Source: the human T2T-CHM13v2.0 reference genome, Homo sapiens
DNA length: 64,000 bases
Direction: 5' to 3' (one strand)
Assembly (NCBI RefSeq): GCF_009914755.1
Contig: NC_060935.1
Within the stretch, counting starts at the first letter, position 1. Every line of letters begins with the position of its first letter. Positions 1 to 41,544 of the stretch are shown in pieces. The position numbers were made by a program, and so were the translations under genes. The notes below the pieces were generated by a model. The model worked only from the letters and a program-made list of their open reading frames with translations, was not told the DNA's origin and did not search any database.

Positions 1-1530
<1,530 letters not shown>

Positions 1531-1658
1531 GTGTTTTTCAAGAGGAAGAAAGGACAGGGTTATAAATGTATCTTTTAAATTGCTCTTGATATTTAGAACA
1601 AACTATGCATAACAGGTAAGCAACATCTATGGGAAGATTGATTTAATTTTCCTCTTAC

Positions 1659-1765
1659 CTGTAAAACTTTACCATGGACCACAGTTCCAAGGACTCCCGA
1701 ACACAGTCTTGGAGTTAAGCCTGTGAACAACCCGCGCCTCCCATCGATACTGGCAATGTGCTGAG
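1659..1765 (-). CDS. MTCH2: MTCH2 coding exon 3 (AQHIASIDGRRGLFTGLTPRLCSGVLGTVVHGKVLQ), 107 nt; gene continues beyond the left edge
   Basis: Acceptor cttag|CT, donor CAG|gtaaga; 87+85+107=279 nt in frame; carrier motif DG..GLF.GL.PR (ORF 1593..1775). Confidence 0.97.
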
Positions 1766-1926
1766 CTAAGAACACAAGTCAGAGATGTTGTCAAGTTCTG
1801 GTCAAGAGAAATGGATATACTACAATTTCAAAGAAACAAGCTTTCTATATATTTTCTTTCAATAACAACTCCTGCCTATCACAGTCCTCAACGTCATGCA
1901 AACCCAAATAAATCAAAGGCACTTAC

Positions 1927-2011
1927 CATAACTAAAGAGACCAGGAAGCTGACACACTTGCCGCCCAAAAATATTTCGTCCTATTGTTGGAGGAAGAGGC
2001 TCATATCCCAC
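1927..2011 (-). CDS. MTCH2: MTCH2 coding exon 2 (VGYEPLPPTIGRNIFGRQVCQLPGLFSY), 85 nt
   Basis: Acceptor ttttaaag|GTG, donor TATG|gtaagt; in frame with exon 1; missed by the ORF track. Confidence 0.97.
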
Positions 2012-2515
2012 CTTTAAAAACAATGGAATATATCAATATTAAAGCAATATTTCCAGAAATGTCTTGCTTGCAAGGTCTTGAATAAAGAACACAATTTGGG
2101 TTATTTTTAAACACAAGTAAAAATGCAGCATAGGTTTTCCAAGGCAATGATGAAGCATCATTCTTGTAGGTTTTTCTTCTGTTGGTAATACTGAGTTCAA
2201 TAAACTCCAAGTTTCATTTTGGTTCAAATTCTATGACGTAAACCATGTAGCTGAAATAGGCTAATATCAAACTGAAAGAAGGGAACTTTTGCGTTAGGAA
2301 AGCTACAGTTTACTAAGGGGGCTCAAAAATACCTTCTAAATAAAATCTAAGGCACATTTTGTATTTGAACAAAACTAGAAGACATCCATTACGCCAGCAT
2401 CAGCTGCATATTTGGCAACCCAGACAAAACACTCAAAAGGCAAATGCAGATATAGCTGGATAATTCACTTAGGAAAGAATTACAAGCTAACTTCATGTTA
2501 GAAGAACAGGCTGTC

Positions 2516-4150
<1,635 letters not shown>

Positions 4151-4984
4151 CAAGGGTTCTTACTATATACTGCAACATGCTGTCACCTCCGATGCTATCT
4201 AGCCCCAAATGTGCCAATTCTGTTTTGGATGTTACAGTACATTCTAATCAGTCTTTGTTCTAAGTACAAAGAATTTATTTGCAATAGCCTTTAACATATG
4301 GAATCTGAATTCACACAGGTCTACTCAGCAAGAAATAATTTGGATTCCCAACAACTCAAGAATAAGAAATGGGGCCCTCTCTAGTGTCTTGCCTATTTTT
4401 TACAGAAAAGTAGACGGCGAGACAGGGGTTCTAAAAACTGTTCCATTCCTAGGCACAGTGCATGAGGTAATTATGTCAACTCTCAGTAAAAGCATAAAAA
4501 AAAGAATGACCTGCCCATTACAGGGATATAGCAAAGGAACTGGAAACACTAAGTCTATCACTTACTTGGCCTACCTGCATGTGAATATAAAATACCATGT
4601 AATAATTATTTGACAGTAGATTAGAAACTAACTCCCATGTTTAAACTCGCTAAAACTCAGCTTCACTAATTTCCAGCTCTGACAAATGTGATTTTCATTG
4701 TCAGGAGCCACATGGGCCGCTGCTGGAAAGCGCTCAATGCATCCTTCCGAAATCTGACAGAGCAACCCCTTCATTAACACTTCTGAATGAGCTCCTTGTG
4801 TTTCTCTCAGTATCTGGTGCGAAAACCTCGGAACAGAAAAGCAGTAGTAACAGTAGCATAAAAAGAAAAAAAAAAGGAATAAAAAATAAAATGTTGGTTC
4901 CCACCTAACTTCACATTTGTCTTCAACTGAGTATTTCGTGTTTTGCGTCTGAGATTTTGGGGGGAGTAGTGGTGAATGTGAATT

Positions 4985-5790
4985 TCGGAGGGGCGAGAGG
5001 GAGGGTTCGGAAGCCTTTGGTGGCGACCGGCCAGGATCCACCTCAGTGAAGAAGAACCAAAGTTCAGAGGATCCGCCGGGCAGGGCAGGGCCGGGTGGCG
5101 GTTGGCTAAGGGAGGAGAGGGCCTCAACGCTGGGCGGCGAGGCGAGGGCTCGGCGAGGCCCCCAAGCGGGGCCGCGGGACTGAGGAAGCTGTCCCTGCGG
5201 GGAGGTAAAGGGCAGCGGAGGAGCAGCAGCATCTCGGGAGAATGAAAGGCCCGCAAGGCTGAGCCGATCCTCAGGCGCCCTGAGCAGCAGCGACCGAACG
5301 GGGCGCCGGGCGGGGTAGGGAGCGGCGACGCCTCATACCTGGATGAGCACTTTCACGTACATGAGCGGCTGGGACAGGATGGTGAGACCGGAGCCCAGGA
5401 GCACCTGACTGGCCGCGTCCGCCATGATGGCACCCGCGGGCGGACGGACAGACAGACGGAGCCACCAAGCGACCCGGTGAGCCGGTCCTAGGTCACGTGC
5501 CAGGGCCGCCGGTTTCACTGGCCCGCCCGCGGCGCGCGCGCACGCACGCAGCAGCACGCGCCTCTCCGCCCAGTCCCCGCCCCCCCGTCCCGCCCCGAGA
5601 AACGGCAGGCGCTCGCGAGGGGGCGCTGAGGTCGGGGCGGGGCTTAAGGGACAGAGGCGCATGCGTTCTGCCGGGGGCTCGCCCTTCACCAGGAATGACG
5701 GTTTCTCTTGCACATGCGCTTCCAGGCCGCAAGTGTCCGGAAACAGAAGAATGGGAGTGTCAGTGGGGGAGTGTGACCGTGACGGCAGAG
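4985..5790. promoter_or_regulatory. MTCH2: CpG island / MTCH2 promoter and exon 1
   Basis: Only very GC- and CpG-rich unique stretch in the window. Contains E-box GTCACGTG (5492-5499), GC boxes (5575-5583, 5634-5643), CTCGCGAG (5612-5619), NRF1-like GCGCATGCG (5657-5665) and TGCACATGCGCT (5709-5720), ETS-like CCGGAAA (5737-5743); no obvious TATA. Confidence 0.9.
5339..5425 (-). CDS. MTCH2: MTCH2 coding exon 1 (MADAASQVLLGSGLTILSQPLMYVKVLIQ), 87 nt
   Basis: ATG at 5425 in strong Kozak context (gccATCATGG); translation matches the MTCH2 N-terminus with a degenerate carrier motif PLMYVK; donor CAG|GTATGA at 5339/5338, phase 0. Confidence 0.98.
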
Positions 5791-5998
5791 GCAAGGTCAG
5801 AGGACTGAAAAGAAATTGAAAAGGATTCTTCATTATGCTTCATCTCTGCACTTGCCTTTTGGGCATCATCAACATAGGATTCAAAAGATACTCAGCATCA
5901 GAGCCGTAACAGTCTCGTGACTGACAAACTCTAAATAAGTATAGCAAATAATGAATCCGCTAGCGAGTGGCTTTTCATTCATTTATTCGTTTGATTAA

Positions 5999-8704
<2,706 letters not shown>

Positions 8705-8747
8705 GTCTCCTGGACTGGGAGGCGGTCTGACTTGGGAGAGAGATCAC

Positions 8748-9440
8748 GTAATTGTCCAGTGGGTTCTTCCTGCCTGCTGCACAGACAAAATCAGTTCACT
8801 GAGACTGTGGCATTACAGTAAAGAAAGAGTTTAATTAACACAGTGTGGGCCATGTGGAAGAACTTAAGTTATCGCTCAAATCACTCTCCCCGACGGCTCA
8901 GAGGTGAGGGTTTTTCAAGGATGCTTTGGTGGCAGGGGGCTCAAATGGGGAATGTTGATTGGTTGGGGATGAAATCATAGGGGTATAGAAAGCGGTCCTT
9001 GACAGCCTCTGGATGGAGGCCACAGGACCAGATGTCATGAGTGGTGGGTCTGAGTGGAGTCAGTAGCCACCAAAACATCTCAAAAAGGCAATCTTAGATT
9101 CTATGTTAGTGATGTTATCTCTGCCAGGTGTGATGGTTTACGTCTGTAATCCCAGCATTTCAGGCAGAGGTGGGAGGATAGTTTGAGACCTGCCTGGGCA
9201 ACACAGCAAGACCCCATTTTCCACAAAAAGGAGAAAAATAAAAAGACCAAAAAACCTCAAGTAATTGAAAAACGTCGTAAAAGGCCAATCTTAAGTTGTA
9301 CAATAGTGATGTTATCTATAGGAGTAATTGGGAAAGTTACTCCTATATCTCGTGATCGCCAGAATAATGACTAGCTATCGTTTAACTGGGCCTGTATCTT
9401 AGCAAAATTCAAGCCCCTGTCTTAATCCTAACCTGGTCCA
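8748..9440 (-). mobile_element. ERV1 LTR8-family fragment interrupted by an Alu monomer (~9122-9250)
   Basis: gtaattgtccagtgggttcttcctgcctgctgcacagacaaaatcagttcactgagactgtggcattacagtaaagaaagagtttaatt resembles reverse-complement LTR8A/B (recalled). Confidence 0.7.
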
Positions 9441-10591
9441 AGGCTGTCCAGGCTGGTCTTGAACTTCTGTGCTCAAGTGACCCTCCCACCTCGGCCTCCC
9501 AAAGTGCTGGGATTACAGGCATGAACCAGCTTACCCAGCCGGCATATATTTATTATATTTATTTTGCCTTATAGGAAGACCTGAGTTCAAGGAGCCTTCT
9601 GAGTTGGATGAGGCTGTGACACAAGAGTCTTACCAAATACCTAGATTCTTTCCATCCCTGTGCTCTTCCTCCTTAGGCCGGTATCAAAATAGTTTTGAGC
9701 CTCATATGCAACACTGATAGTCAGAGGAAGAAGAGAGAAGGGTTTTTGTTTCTGTTTTTGTTTTTTTGAGACAGAGTTTCACTCTTGTTGACCACGCTGC
9801 AGTGCAATGGTGTGATCTTGGCTCACTGCAACCTCCGCCTCCCGGGTTCAAGGAGGTTGCCTCAGCCTCCCGAGTCGCTGGGATTACAGGCGCCCAACAC
9901 CACGCCCAGCTAATTTTTGTTATTTTTAGTAGAGACGGGGTTTTGCCATGTTGGTCAGGCTGGTCTCGAACTCCCAACCTCAGGTGATCTGCCTGCCTTG
10001 GCCTTCCAAAGTGCTGGGATTACAGGTGTGAGTCACCGCGTCCAGCCTTCGAGAAGGTGTCTTTTTAAAAATAGTTCTCTCTTTTTTGGCACACCAAAGC
10101 TCATCACAAAATGGCTCTTTTTTTTTTTTTTTTTTTTTGAGACGGAGTCTCACGTTGTCACCCAAGCTGGAGTGGAATGGCACGATCTCGGCTCACTGCA
10201 ACCTCTGTTCCCAGATTCAAGCGATTCTCCTGCCTCCTCCTCTTAAGTAGCTGGGACTATAGGAATGTGCCACCATGCCTGGCTAATTTTTTTTTTTGTA
10301 GTAGAGACGGGGTTTCACTGTATTAGCCAAGATGGTCTCGATCTCCCGACCTCGATGATCCGCCCGCCTCAACCTCCCAAAGTGCTGGGATTACAGGCAT
10401 GAGCCACCATGCCTGGCTCTCAAATTGGCTCTTTTTGGAGGAAGAAACCTTTTCTCAGAAACCTCCCCAGCAGAATTCTCATGAATTACTGGACAGGAGT
10501 CACCCACCACCACCTAAACCAATGATTGGCTTAGACTAGTGGTTCTCAACAGGGTTAATTTTGGCCCTCAGGGGATACTTATCAAAGTCTG

Positions 10592-11578
<987 letters not shown>

Positions 11579-11769
11579 TCTGGAGACATCAGTACTATAC
11601 TTGTGGAGAAATCCTGTCCTGCCTAAGGATCTGGGTTGCTAGGGAGCCGACCACAATATCTACGAAAGGAAGGGAAGTCCTGACAGCTGGGGTTCTCGGG
11701 TTCTTTCCACCAACTTAAGTTCAATTTGTCTTAGAATGACTGAAAAGGGTCACCCAGCTAAAGGGATAG

Positions 11770-11976
<207 letters not shown>

Positions 11977-12413
11977 TTAGCTGGGCATGGTGGCACACAC
12001 CTGCAGTCTGAGCTACTCAGGAGGCTGAGGCAGGAGAATCGTTTGAACCCGGGAGGCAGAGGTTGCGTTGAGCCAAGATCAAGTCACTGCACTCCAGCCT
12101 GGGTGACAGAGTGAGACTCTGTCTCCAAAAATCAATCAATAAATAAAATAAAAAATAAAACTGTTATCTTGCATGTAAAACAGTTCCTTAGAGAGAACAT
12201 CCTTTGAAAAGTATAGTTCCCCTGCATAGTGTCATGAGAAGCCCATCTCTTGCACAAAATCTGTGTGCTTTAGAGATTTATTTCAAATATCTCAGCTTGG
12301 GAGCCATATTTGGAAAGTATTTTCCCTTTTCCTTTTCAAGCATAGCAAATTTTTCTGGTTTGGTTAGGGTTCCACTAGCCTTTCAACATTACTTTCCTAT
12401 CTTTGTTCGCTAG

Positions 12414-12866
<453 letters not shown>

Positions 12867-13015
12867 TAGGATCTCCCACACGACACTGGGGCACCTTAAG
12901 TCTCATTTTGCCAAAGGTGTAAATGATGCCACCCTTCTTTATGCCCTGGCCTTATGAAGTATGCGGTTTATTTCTTTAGTACACCCTGACCAGTTTCCAG
13001 AATGGACCTCAGTGA

Positions 13016-13174
<159 letters not shown>

Positions 13175-13377
13175 TGAGTAGCTGGGACTACAGGTGTGTG
13201 CCACCATGCCCAGCTAATTTTTGTATTTTTAGTAGAAACATGGTTTCACTATGTTGGCCAGGCTGGTCTCGAACTCCTGACCTCCTGACCTCGTGATCCG
13301 CCCACCTTGGCCTCCCAAAATGTTGGGATTACAGGCGTGAGCCACTGTGCCTGGTCTATTTTTTTGTAATATTTAAG

Positions 13378-14860
<1,483 letters not shown>

Positions 14861-14915
14861 CTGGTTATAAATCAGGGTTTCCACAGTCCTCTCCTAAGGT
14901 TTGATAATTTGCTAG

Positions 14916-16299
<1,384 letters not shown>

Positions 16300-16991
16300 C
16301 TAGAACGGTTTGCAGAATTTAGGAAGACACTTTATTTTTTTGAGACAGAGTCTTACTCTGTCACCCAGGCTGGAGTGCAATGGCTCGATCTTGGCTCACT
16401 GCAACTTCTGCATCCTGGATTAAAGTGATTCTCCTGCCTCAACCTCCGAAGTAGCTGGGATTACAGGTGCGCACCACCATGCCTGGCTAATTTTTGTATT
16501 TTTAGTAGAGATGGGGTTTCTCCATGTTGGTCAGGCTGGTTTTGAACTCCCGACCTCAGGTGATCTGCCTGCCTTGGCGTCCCAAAGTGCTGGTATTACA
16601 GGCGTGAGCCACTGTGCCCGGCTCAAACCTCTTTTCTTTATAAACTACCCAGTCTCAAGTTATTTATTTATTTATTTATTTATTTTGAGATGGAGTCTCG
16701 CTCTGTTGCCCAGGCTGGAGTGCAGTGGTGTGATCTCGGCTCACTGCACTTTCCACCTCCTGCCACCATGCCCAGCTAATTTTTGTATTTTTAGTAGAGA
16801 CGGGGGTTTCACCATGTTGGCCAGGCTGATCTCGAACTCCTAACCTCTTGATCCGCCTGCCTTGGCCTCCCAAAGTGCTGGGATTACAGGTGTGAGCCAC
16901 TGTGCTCGGCCTGCACTTTCTTTATATTTATTTATTCACAACTGATCAGAAGGCATGTTCTTTTTTTTTTTTTCTTTTTTTTCTTTTTTGA

Positions 16992-17096
<105 letters not shown>

Positions 17097-17613
17097 TGAG
17101 TAGCTGGGATTACAGGCACCTGTCACTACACCCAGCTAATTTTTGTATTTTTAGTAAAGACGGGTTTCACCATGTTGGCCAGGCTGGTCTCGAACTCCTG
17201 ATCTCAGGCGATACACCCACCTCGGTCTCCCAAAGTGCTGGGATTACAGGTGTGAGCCACGGTGCCTGGCCTGCATGTTCTTTCTTTAAATATGGAAGAA
17301 GCCTGGCATGTTTTGAGGCCACAGCGAAGTTGCTGGTAGGGAAGGAGAAAGACAAGAGGGGGTAAAGCAATGCAGAAAGTTTGGGAAAATAGAGAGACTG
17401 AATTGAAGCATAAGGTGGAGAGATTAGCCTTAAACCCAAAGTTGGGCACTTTTTTTTCTCTAAGAACAAAGGAAAGAGGGCGGGCATGGTGGCTCACACC
17501 TGTAATCCCAGCACTTTGGGAGGCTGAGGTAGGCAGATCACTTGAGGTCAGGAGTTCAAGATCAGACTGGCCAACAGGGTGAAACCCTGTCTCTACTAAA
17601 AATATAAAAATTA

Positions 17614-17754
<141 letters not shown>

Positions 17755-18034
17755 TCAAAAAAATAGAACAAAGGAACGGAACAGAAGTAAGGGTGGACAA
17801 GAGTGATGCCAGCTCACCACTCCCGAGTGTTTTCTGTGTGTAGAGCACTCTACTAAGTGCATTATATACATTTTCTTGTCCGGTCCTCCCAACAATTCTG
17901 AAAAGTGTGTCTTGTTTGTGTTCCCATTTTACAGATGAGGAAATTGAATCTTTGAGAGGTCATAAAGCCTAAGGTCATAAAGCTATGGAGTCAGCCTTTG
18001 AGCCCAGGCATCCTGATGCCAGAGTCTAGATTCT

Positions 18035-19380
<1,346 letters not shown>

Positions 19381-19399
19381 TATCTTCCTACCCCTGCCT

Positions 19400-19900
19400 C
19401 ACGGGAGCCTAGCTTCTGAACCAGTCTTGACTAGTATGGCTGTTTGCTCGGAGGAAGGTGGCAGCAGAGAGGGAGCAAGAGACTTGAAATGGAGGTGTGA
19501 AATAGCCACGGAGGGGGAAAGGTGCGGGAACTTCAGTTTCAGAAGCAGAAGATAAATTTCCAAGGCTGAAGGAGATACTTGTGTGCTGGCCCAGGACCAC
19601 TTGATGGCATATTTTCCCGAAGCCATCTTGGCAGCCTGGGTACAGTAGAGAAGACAGATGGCTGAGATGACTGGCTGATCCAAAGTTGGGGAACTACCAG
19701 GTGGATGTGGCAGAAGGACAGAGTGTGAGGACACTGGGGTGCTGGCAAGAGAATGGTTGATGTCACGAACCCTGGAGTCTGGGCTGAATTGGGGAAGAAA
19801 TGAAGCCAAGAGAAAGGGGAATGACTGGAGCTGTGAAGGGGTTTATTCATGTGATTTCTGGTCACTAAATCCAATAATCTAGGAATAGCAGTTCAGGGGG
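19400..19900 (-). mobile_element. L2 ORF2 relic
   Basis: Minus-strand translation INHSLAS...YCTQAAKMASGK resembles L2 ORF2 (YNHSLA...ACTRAAERxWRK); degenerate. Confidence 0.5.
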
Positions 19901-19906
19901 CTATGA

Positions 19907-22209
<2,303 letters not shown>

Positions 22210-22588
22210 CTAAAACTGTTCTAAAATATTTTTAAAATACTCCTACACTAGGATTGCAATAAAATTTGTGTTGTCATGTGGTTCTAATCACTAGTAATCC
22301 AGGTAGTGATGGTGGCTGAAAGTTTAAAAGTGATAATGAAAAATGTGCTAGAAAACTTTCAATCCCATGTGATAGAAAAAAAGTAGTCAAAATAGGGCTC
22401 CTAGCATGAGCTGGAGTGACCACCCCTGTAAATGACTCCAGCGTGTTGACATGACAGGCTGCAGCTGGCCGACTTTGCTTGGTGCTCAGGAGAGGCTATT
22501 GGAAAGAAAAGGCGGATAAAAAATATCTGTTCACATAAAATTATGCAGTTAACCAATCAAAGGAAACAACTGGTTAGAGAGAAAGAAT

Positions 22589-22594
22589 TTTAAT
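22589..22594 (-). terminator. AGBL2: Candidate distal poly(A) signal ATTAAA
   Basis: Plus-strand tttaat, followed on the minus strand by U/GU-rich sequence (gttgtttcctttg). Confidence 0.55.
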
Positions 22595-22762
22595 CATCAG
22601 CCTAAAAAAATTACAAAACCTCATTGAACATAAGGTACGCAACATTAAATTCTGGGTAATACATGCATTGTTATTTCTATGTGGGAATACCTCATTGTGA
22701 GCAAACCTGACATACAGCAGTAGGACTGACCGTCACTAGAAAGCTTTGACACAACACTTTTT

Positions 22763-22768
22763 TTTATT
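22763..22768 (-). terminator. AGBL2: Candidate proximal poly(A) signal AATAAA
   Basis: Plus-strand tttatt about 390 nt past the stop, followed on the minus strand by GU-rich gtgttgtgtc. Confidence 0.6.
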
Positions 22769-23155
22769 ATAGCACACTGCCAAAATGTGTTTAACATAGA
22801 TTTTGATTTTTAAAAATTGATTTGCACATAATTTTAGAGAGAATATCTATTGGTTAAAATGAGGTATATCTGTGCTGCCATGAAGTGTGCCATGAGAACA
22901 CACTTCAGTTTCTGATAAAGCATTTTTACACATCATAATAAAATTTCATTTTATGAAAAAATAGTTGAATTCATGAGGTATGCATCTTGACCACATGCCC
23001 ACAGTGTAAGTACAAAGTGTAAGGTCAGTGCATGAGTGCACAACACAGTATACCACAAGTAAATGCAGTTCCCAGTCATACATCTCCCCCATTATAAAAT
23101 GTGTCTAATCTCAAAACCCCCGATGAAGTGCTTGTGTGGCACAGCCCAGGCTCAC

Positions 23156-23329
23156 CTACGGGTATGTGTATATGTGCAAGGATGGGTATGCCGCCATGGC
23201 AGCACAGCCTCTCTTTGTGGCAGGATATCTGCTCCTAGGCCAGTTTGGCTTCATACCTGGAGCTGGCTCTTGGCTGGAGTTTATGGTTCTCTTTGGAGAG
23301 CATGATACTGTAAAGCCTGGCTTCTTATT
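23156..23329 (-). CDS. AGBL2: AGBL2 last coding exon (NKKPGFTVSCSPKR...AAYPSLHIYTYP-stop), 174 nt including TAG
   Basis: gcacag|AAT acceptor; TAG at 23158-23156; matches the recalled AGBL2 C-terminus. Confidence 0.94.
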   Translation of the reverse strand, partial: NKKPGFTVSCSPKRTINSSQEPAPGMKPNWPRSRYPATKRGCAAMAAYPSLHIYTYP

Positions 23330-23487
23330 CTGTGCAAATAAGATTTTAAAAAGTTGAATTCAGTTTATTTTGCCATTTCCAAATATGTAGTTAGGGTTGG
23401 GGTTGGCTTTACAAGGAGCTGGTGAGAAATATTTGCATTTCTTCCCCAAATATAAAAGTAGTTGACAATGTTACAGAACAGAGGTGA

Positions 23488-29400
<5,913 letters not shown>

Positions 29401-29940
29401 CAAAGATTTTATAGCCATAAAACTATAAAGTACTAAACATTGGCTGAGTGTCTCTCCTCTGTGTTGCCACTGCATCCTACTCTGTGATACAATTTCCTAC
29501 TTACTTGCTGAAATCTCCACCAGATTCTGAAGTCCCCGAGGCAGGGATAGTATTTTGTTCAAGGTTGCATTCACAGCATCCAGTAAAGGGACTGGCATGT
29601 AGTAGGTGCCCAATAAAATTCATTGATTTATTTTAAAATAACATTTGCTGATTGAGTAGATGGGTGAGTAGAGGGATGAATGGATGGTAAGTAAGGCAGC
29701 CTGTTCTTATGTTCTTGGTGTAAAATCACAAATCACCAATATTTGATTCCAGACTTCAGTCATGTCTAATCCAAAGCAGTGTCAATGTCTCCCCCAGTTT
29801 TAATGTTTTCTTGCTCCCAGTGGCACTGTCAGGTTAGGGTAACGTAAATGGCTATTACATTTGTCACATTGTGGGAGAGAGGTGCTAATTCGAGAGGTTA
29901 GAGAATCTGTGTGACAAAGAGTCAAAAACAAAAATACTAC

Positions 29941-30048
29941 CTCATTTAACCTTGGGTTTTCATTTTTCATTGGTAAAAAACTGGAATTCTCTGAGTTTTT
30001 GAAAAAGGTTGGCTGCTTTTGCAGAGTAGAAGCAAATCCTGCCTTTTC
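29941..30048 (-). CDS. AGBL2: AGBL2 coding exon (EKAGFASTLQKQPTFFKNSENSSFLPMKNENPRLNE), 108 nt
   Basis: tcctag|GAA acceptor, GAG|gtagta donor; open, phase 0/0. Confidence 0.92.
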
Positions 30049-30555
30049 CTAGGATTGAGTGAAAAGAGAATCTTTTTCAATTGATCTATTCAAAATTGAT
30101 CCAATTTACCCAACAGCAAAACTTGTACTTCTGAAAGCACGTTTGTCTTTAGAAAGCAGAGGGTATGGTGGGAGTGTGGCAGCTTGGACAAAGATTGATG
30201 AGCTATCCAGCTGTCTTAGCCTGGACCAGGCCTGGCCCCCAGCCATCCATCTACTCCTGACTAGCTCTAGCCACTACCATTCCAGTATCATGTATTTTCT
30301 CTGGAAATTCAGACTTGGCTAAAACCCAGATTTCTTATGCCAGAGTGTAGGAGAGGTTCAGTGGGCCAAGGCCAAAACCTGCTCGGAGATGTCCGGAGGG
30401 CCCCTGGAAGGGTTCTGATCGCAAAACAGAAAGTCTCCCTCTGCCCCAATCTCCATCCCCTTTTTGGTTTAGAGTAAACTTTAACCCCCTTTCCTTATCC
30501 CTCTATGGAATGGTCTGAAACTAGACAGTAGAAATAGCCAGCAAGTCTTTCTTAC

Positions 30556-30681
30556 TGAGGTATCTTCTGTTAACTTTAACTTCTGCATCAAATTTTTTTT
30601 CTGATACTGCTCATTTCGCTGTTTCCTAGTCTGAAGTGACTTCTTTTTTTTCTTCTTAAACATCTTCTTTTTCTGAGTCAG
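30556..30681 (-). CDS. AGBL2: AGBL2 lysine-rich coding exon (LTQKKKMFKKKKKKSLQTRKQRNEQYQKKNLMQKLKLTEDTS), 126 nt
   Basis: gaatag|CTG acceptor, TCA|gtaaga donor; overlaps ORF 30481..30663. Confidence 0.94.
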
Positions 30682-30909
30682 CTATTCCAGAAAGTAGAGA
30701 AACTGGTCATTGAAGATTCCAGAACTAGGCCCACCCACATGTGGCACTCTTCATGCAACACTCAAGACACAAAGGCTAACTCGGTATGCAGATTTGTGGT
30801 GTTGGTTTGGAGAATAAACAAACAGTTCAGTTCCCTCCTTACTGGAGGATGCTTCCTACTTAATACCCCCAAATCACACTGTTACAGATAAACTGCCAAA
30901 GGGGTACTT

Positions 30910-35605
<4,696 letters not shown>

Positions 35606-36039
35606 CATTTTGTTTTTGAGGGTGTATTTGGAGAGGGGTTGGTGCAGAGGTCTTGGTGAGTTAGGCATAGGATTCTGAGAGAGTGGAAGGGATGACATGG
35701 TGAATGGGGCACACTACCTGGTCTGATGGCCTAGTTTAAGGTCCCCAAAGAAATATTTGTGAGACTCAGAATTGCTTTTGGGCCCAGATGTCAATGTGCC
35801 ATAGAGTGGGTGGAAGAGCCATCCCTTTTCCACTGTCCACCACAGACTACAGTGCAGCCTCTGTCAGAAGACTTCCACGCCAGCTCAGAAGCCTGAAAGC
35901 AGCTGGGTCATCCACGAGGCACTTTAGCCAGTAAGTTAGAGTAGAAGGTATTCTTGCATACCTGGGAGACATAACCTTTTGGGGGCTTCCTAAATAGCTG
36001 GGGAGACTATGAAGGTACAGATGAGATCCTGAATGCTAA

Positions 36040-39960
<3,921 letters not shown>

Positions 39961-40257
39961 TTTCTAATGGCTAAAACAGAGGCTGGCAAAGAATATTCAC
40001 TCTTTTGTTTTGTTTTTTGTTTCTGAGCCTGTCGCCCATGCTGGAGTGCAGTGGCATGATCTTGGCTCACTGTAGCCTTAACTTCCTGGGCTCAGGTGAT
40101 CCTCCCACCTCAGCCTCCCCAGTGTCTGGGACTACAGGCATAGATCACCAAGCCCAGCTAATTTTTGTATTTTTTGTAGAGACAACATCTCACTATATCA
40201 CCCAGGTTAACAACAAAGTATTTAAAAAAAAACAAAACTCTGTTTTTTCTTTGTTAC

Positions 40258-40833
<576 letters not shown>

Positions 40834-40936
40834 TAGTAAGGACATGTTAACAGAAAATTACATGAGCGGGAGGAACAAATAGAAATTTTTTTAGGGCAGA
40901 ACATCAGTGAGCACTGCTCTAGCCACTTTTCTCTGA

Positions 40937-41229
<293 letters not shown>

Positions 41230-41232
41230 TGA

Positions 41233-41544
<312 letters not shown>

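Larger units (their letters stand above)
22570..23155 (-). other. AGBL2: AGBL2 3' UTR (approximate end)
   Basis: Alu-free AT-rich sequence following the stop codon and ending at candidate polyadenylation signals. Confidence 0.65.

Noticed and set aside
4575-4826. Possible cryptic exon in MTCH2 intron 1 (T-tract, caccag acceptor near 4813, CAG|gtaggc near 4575)
   Set aside because: Only generic splice-like motifs; an intervening AG and no coding support
4628-5808. GC-rich ORFs in the CpG island (4628..5041, 4807..5256, 5271..5468, 5493..5732, 5497..5808)
   Set aside because: Pro/Arg/Ala-rich, several non-AUG starts, expected from low stop density; no recognisable homology
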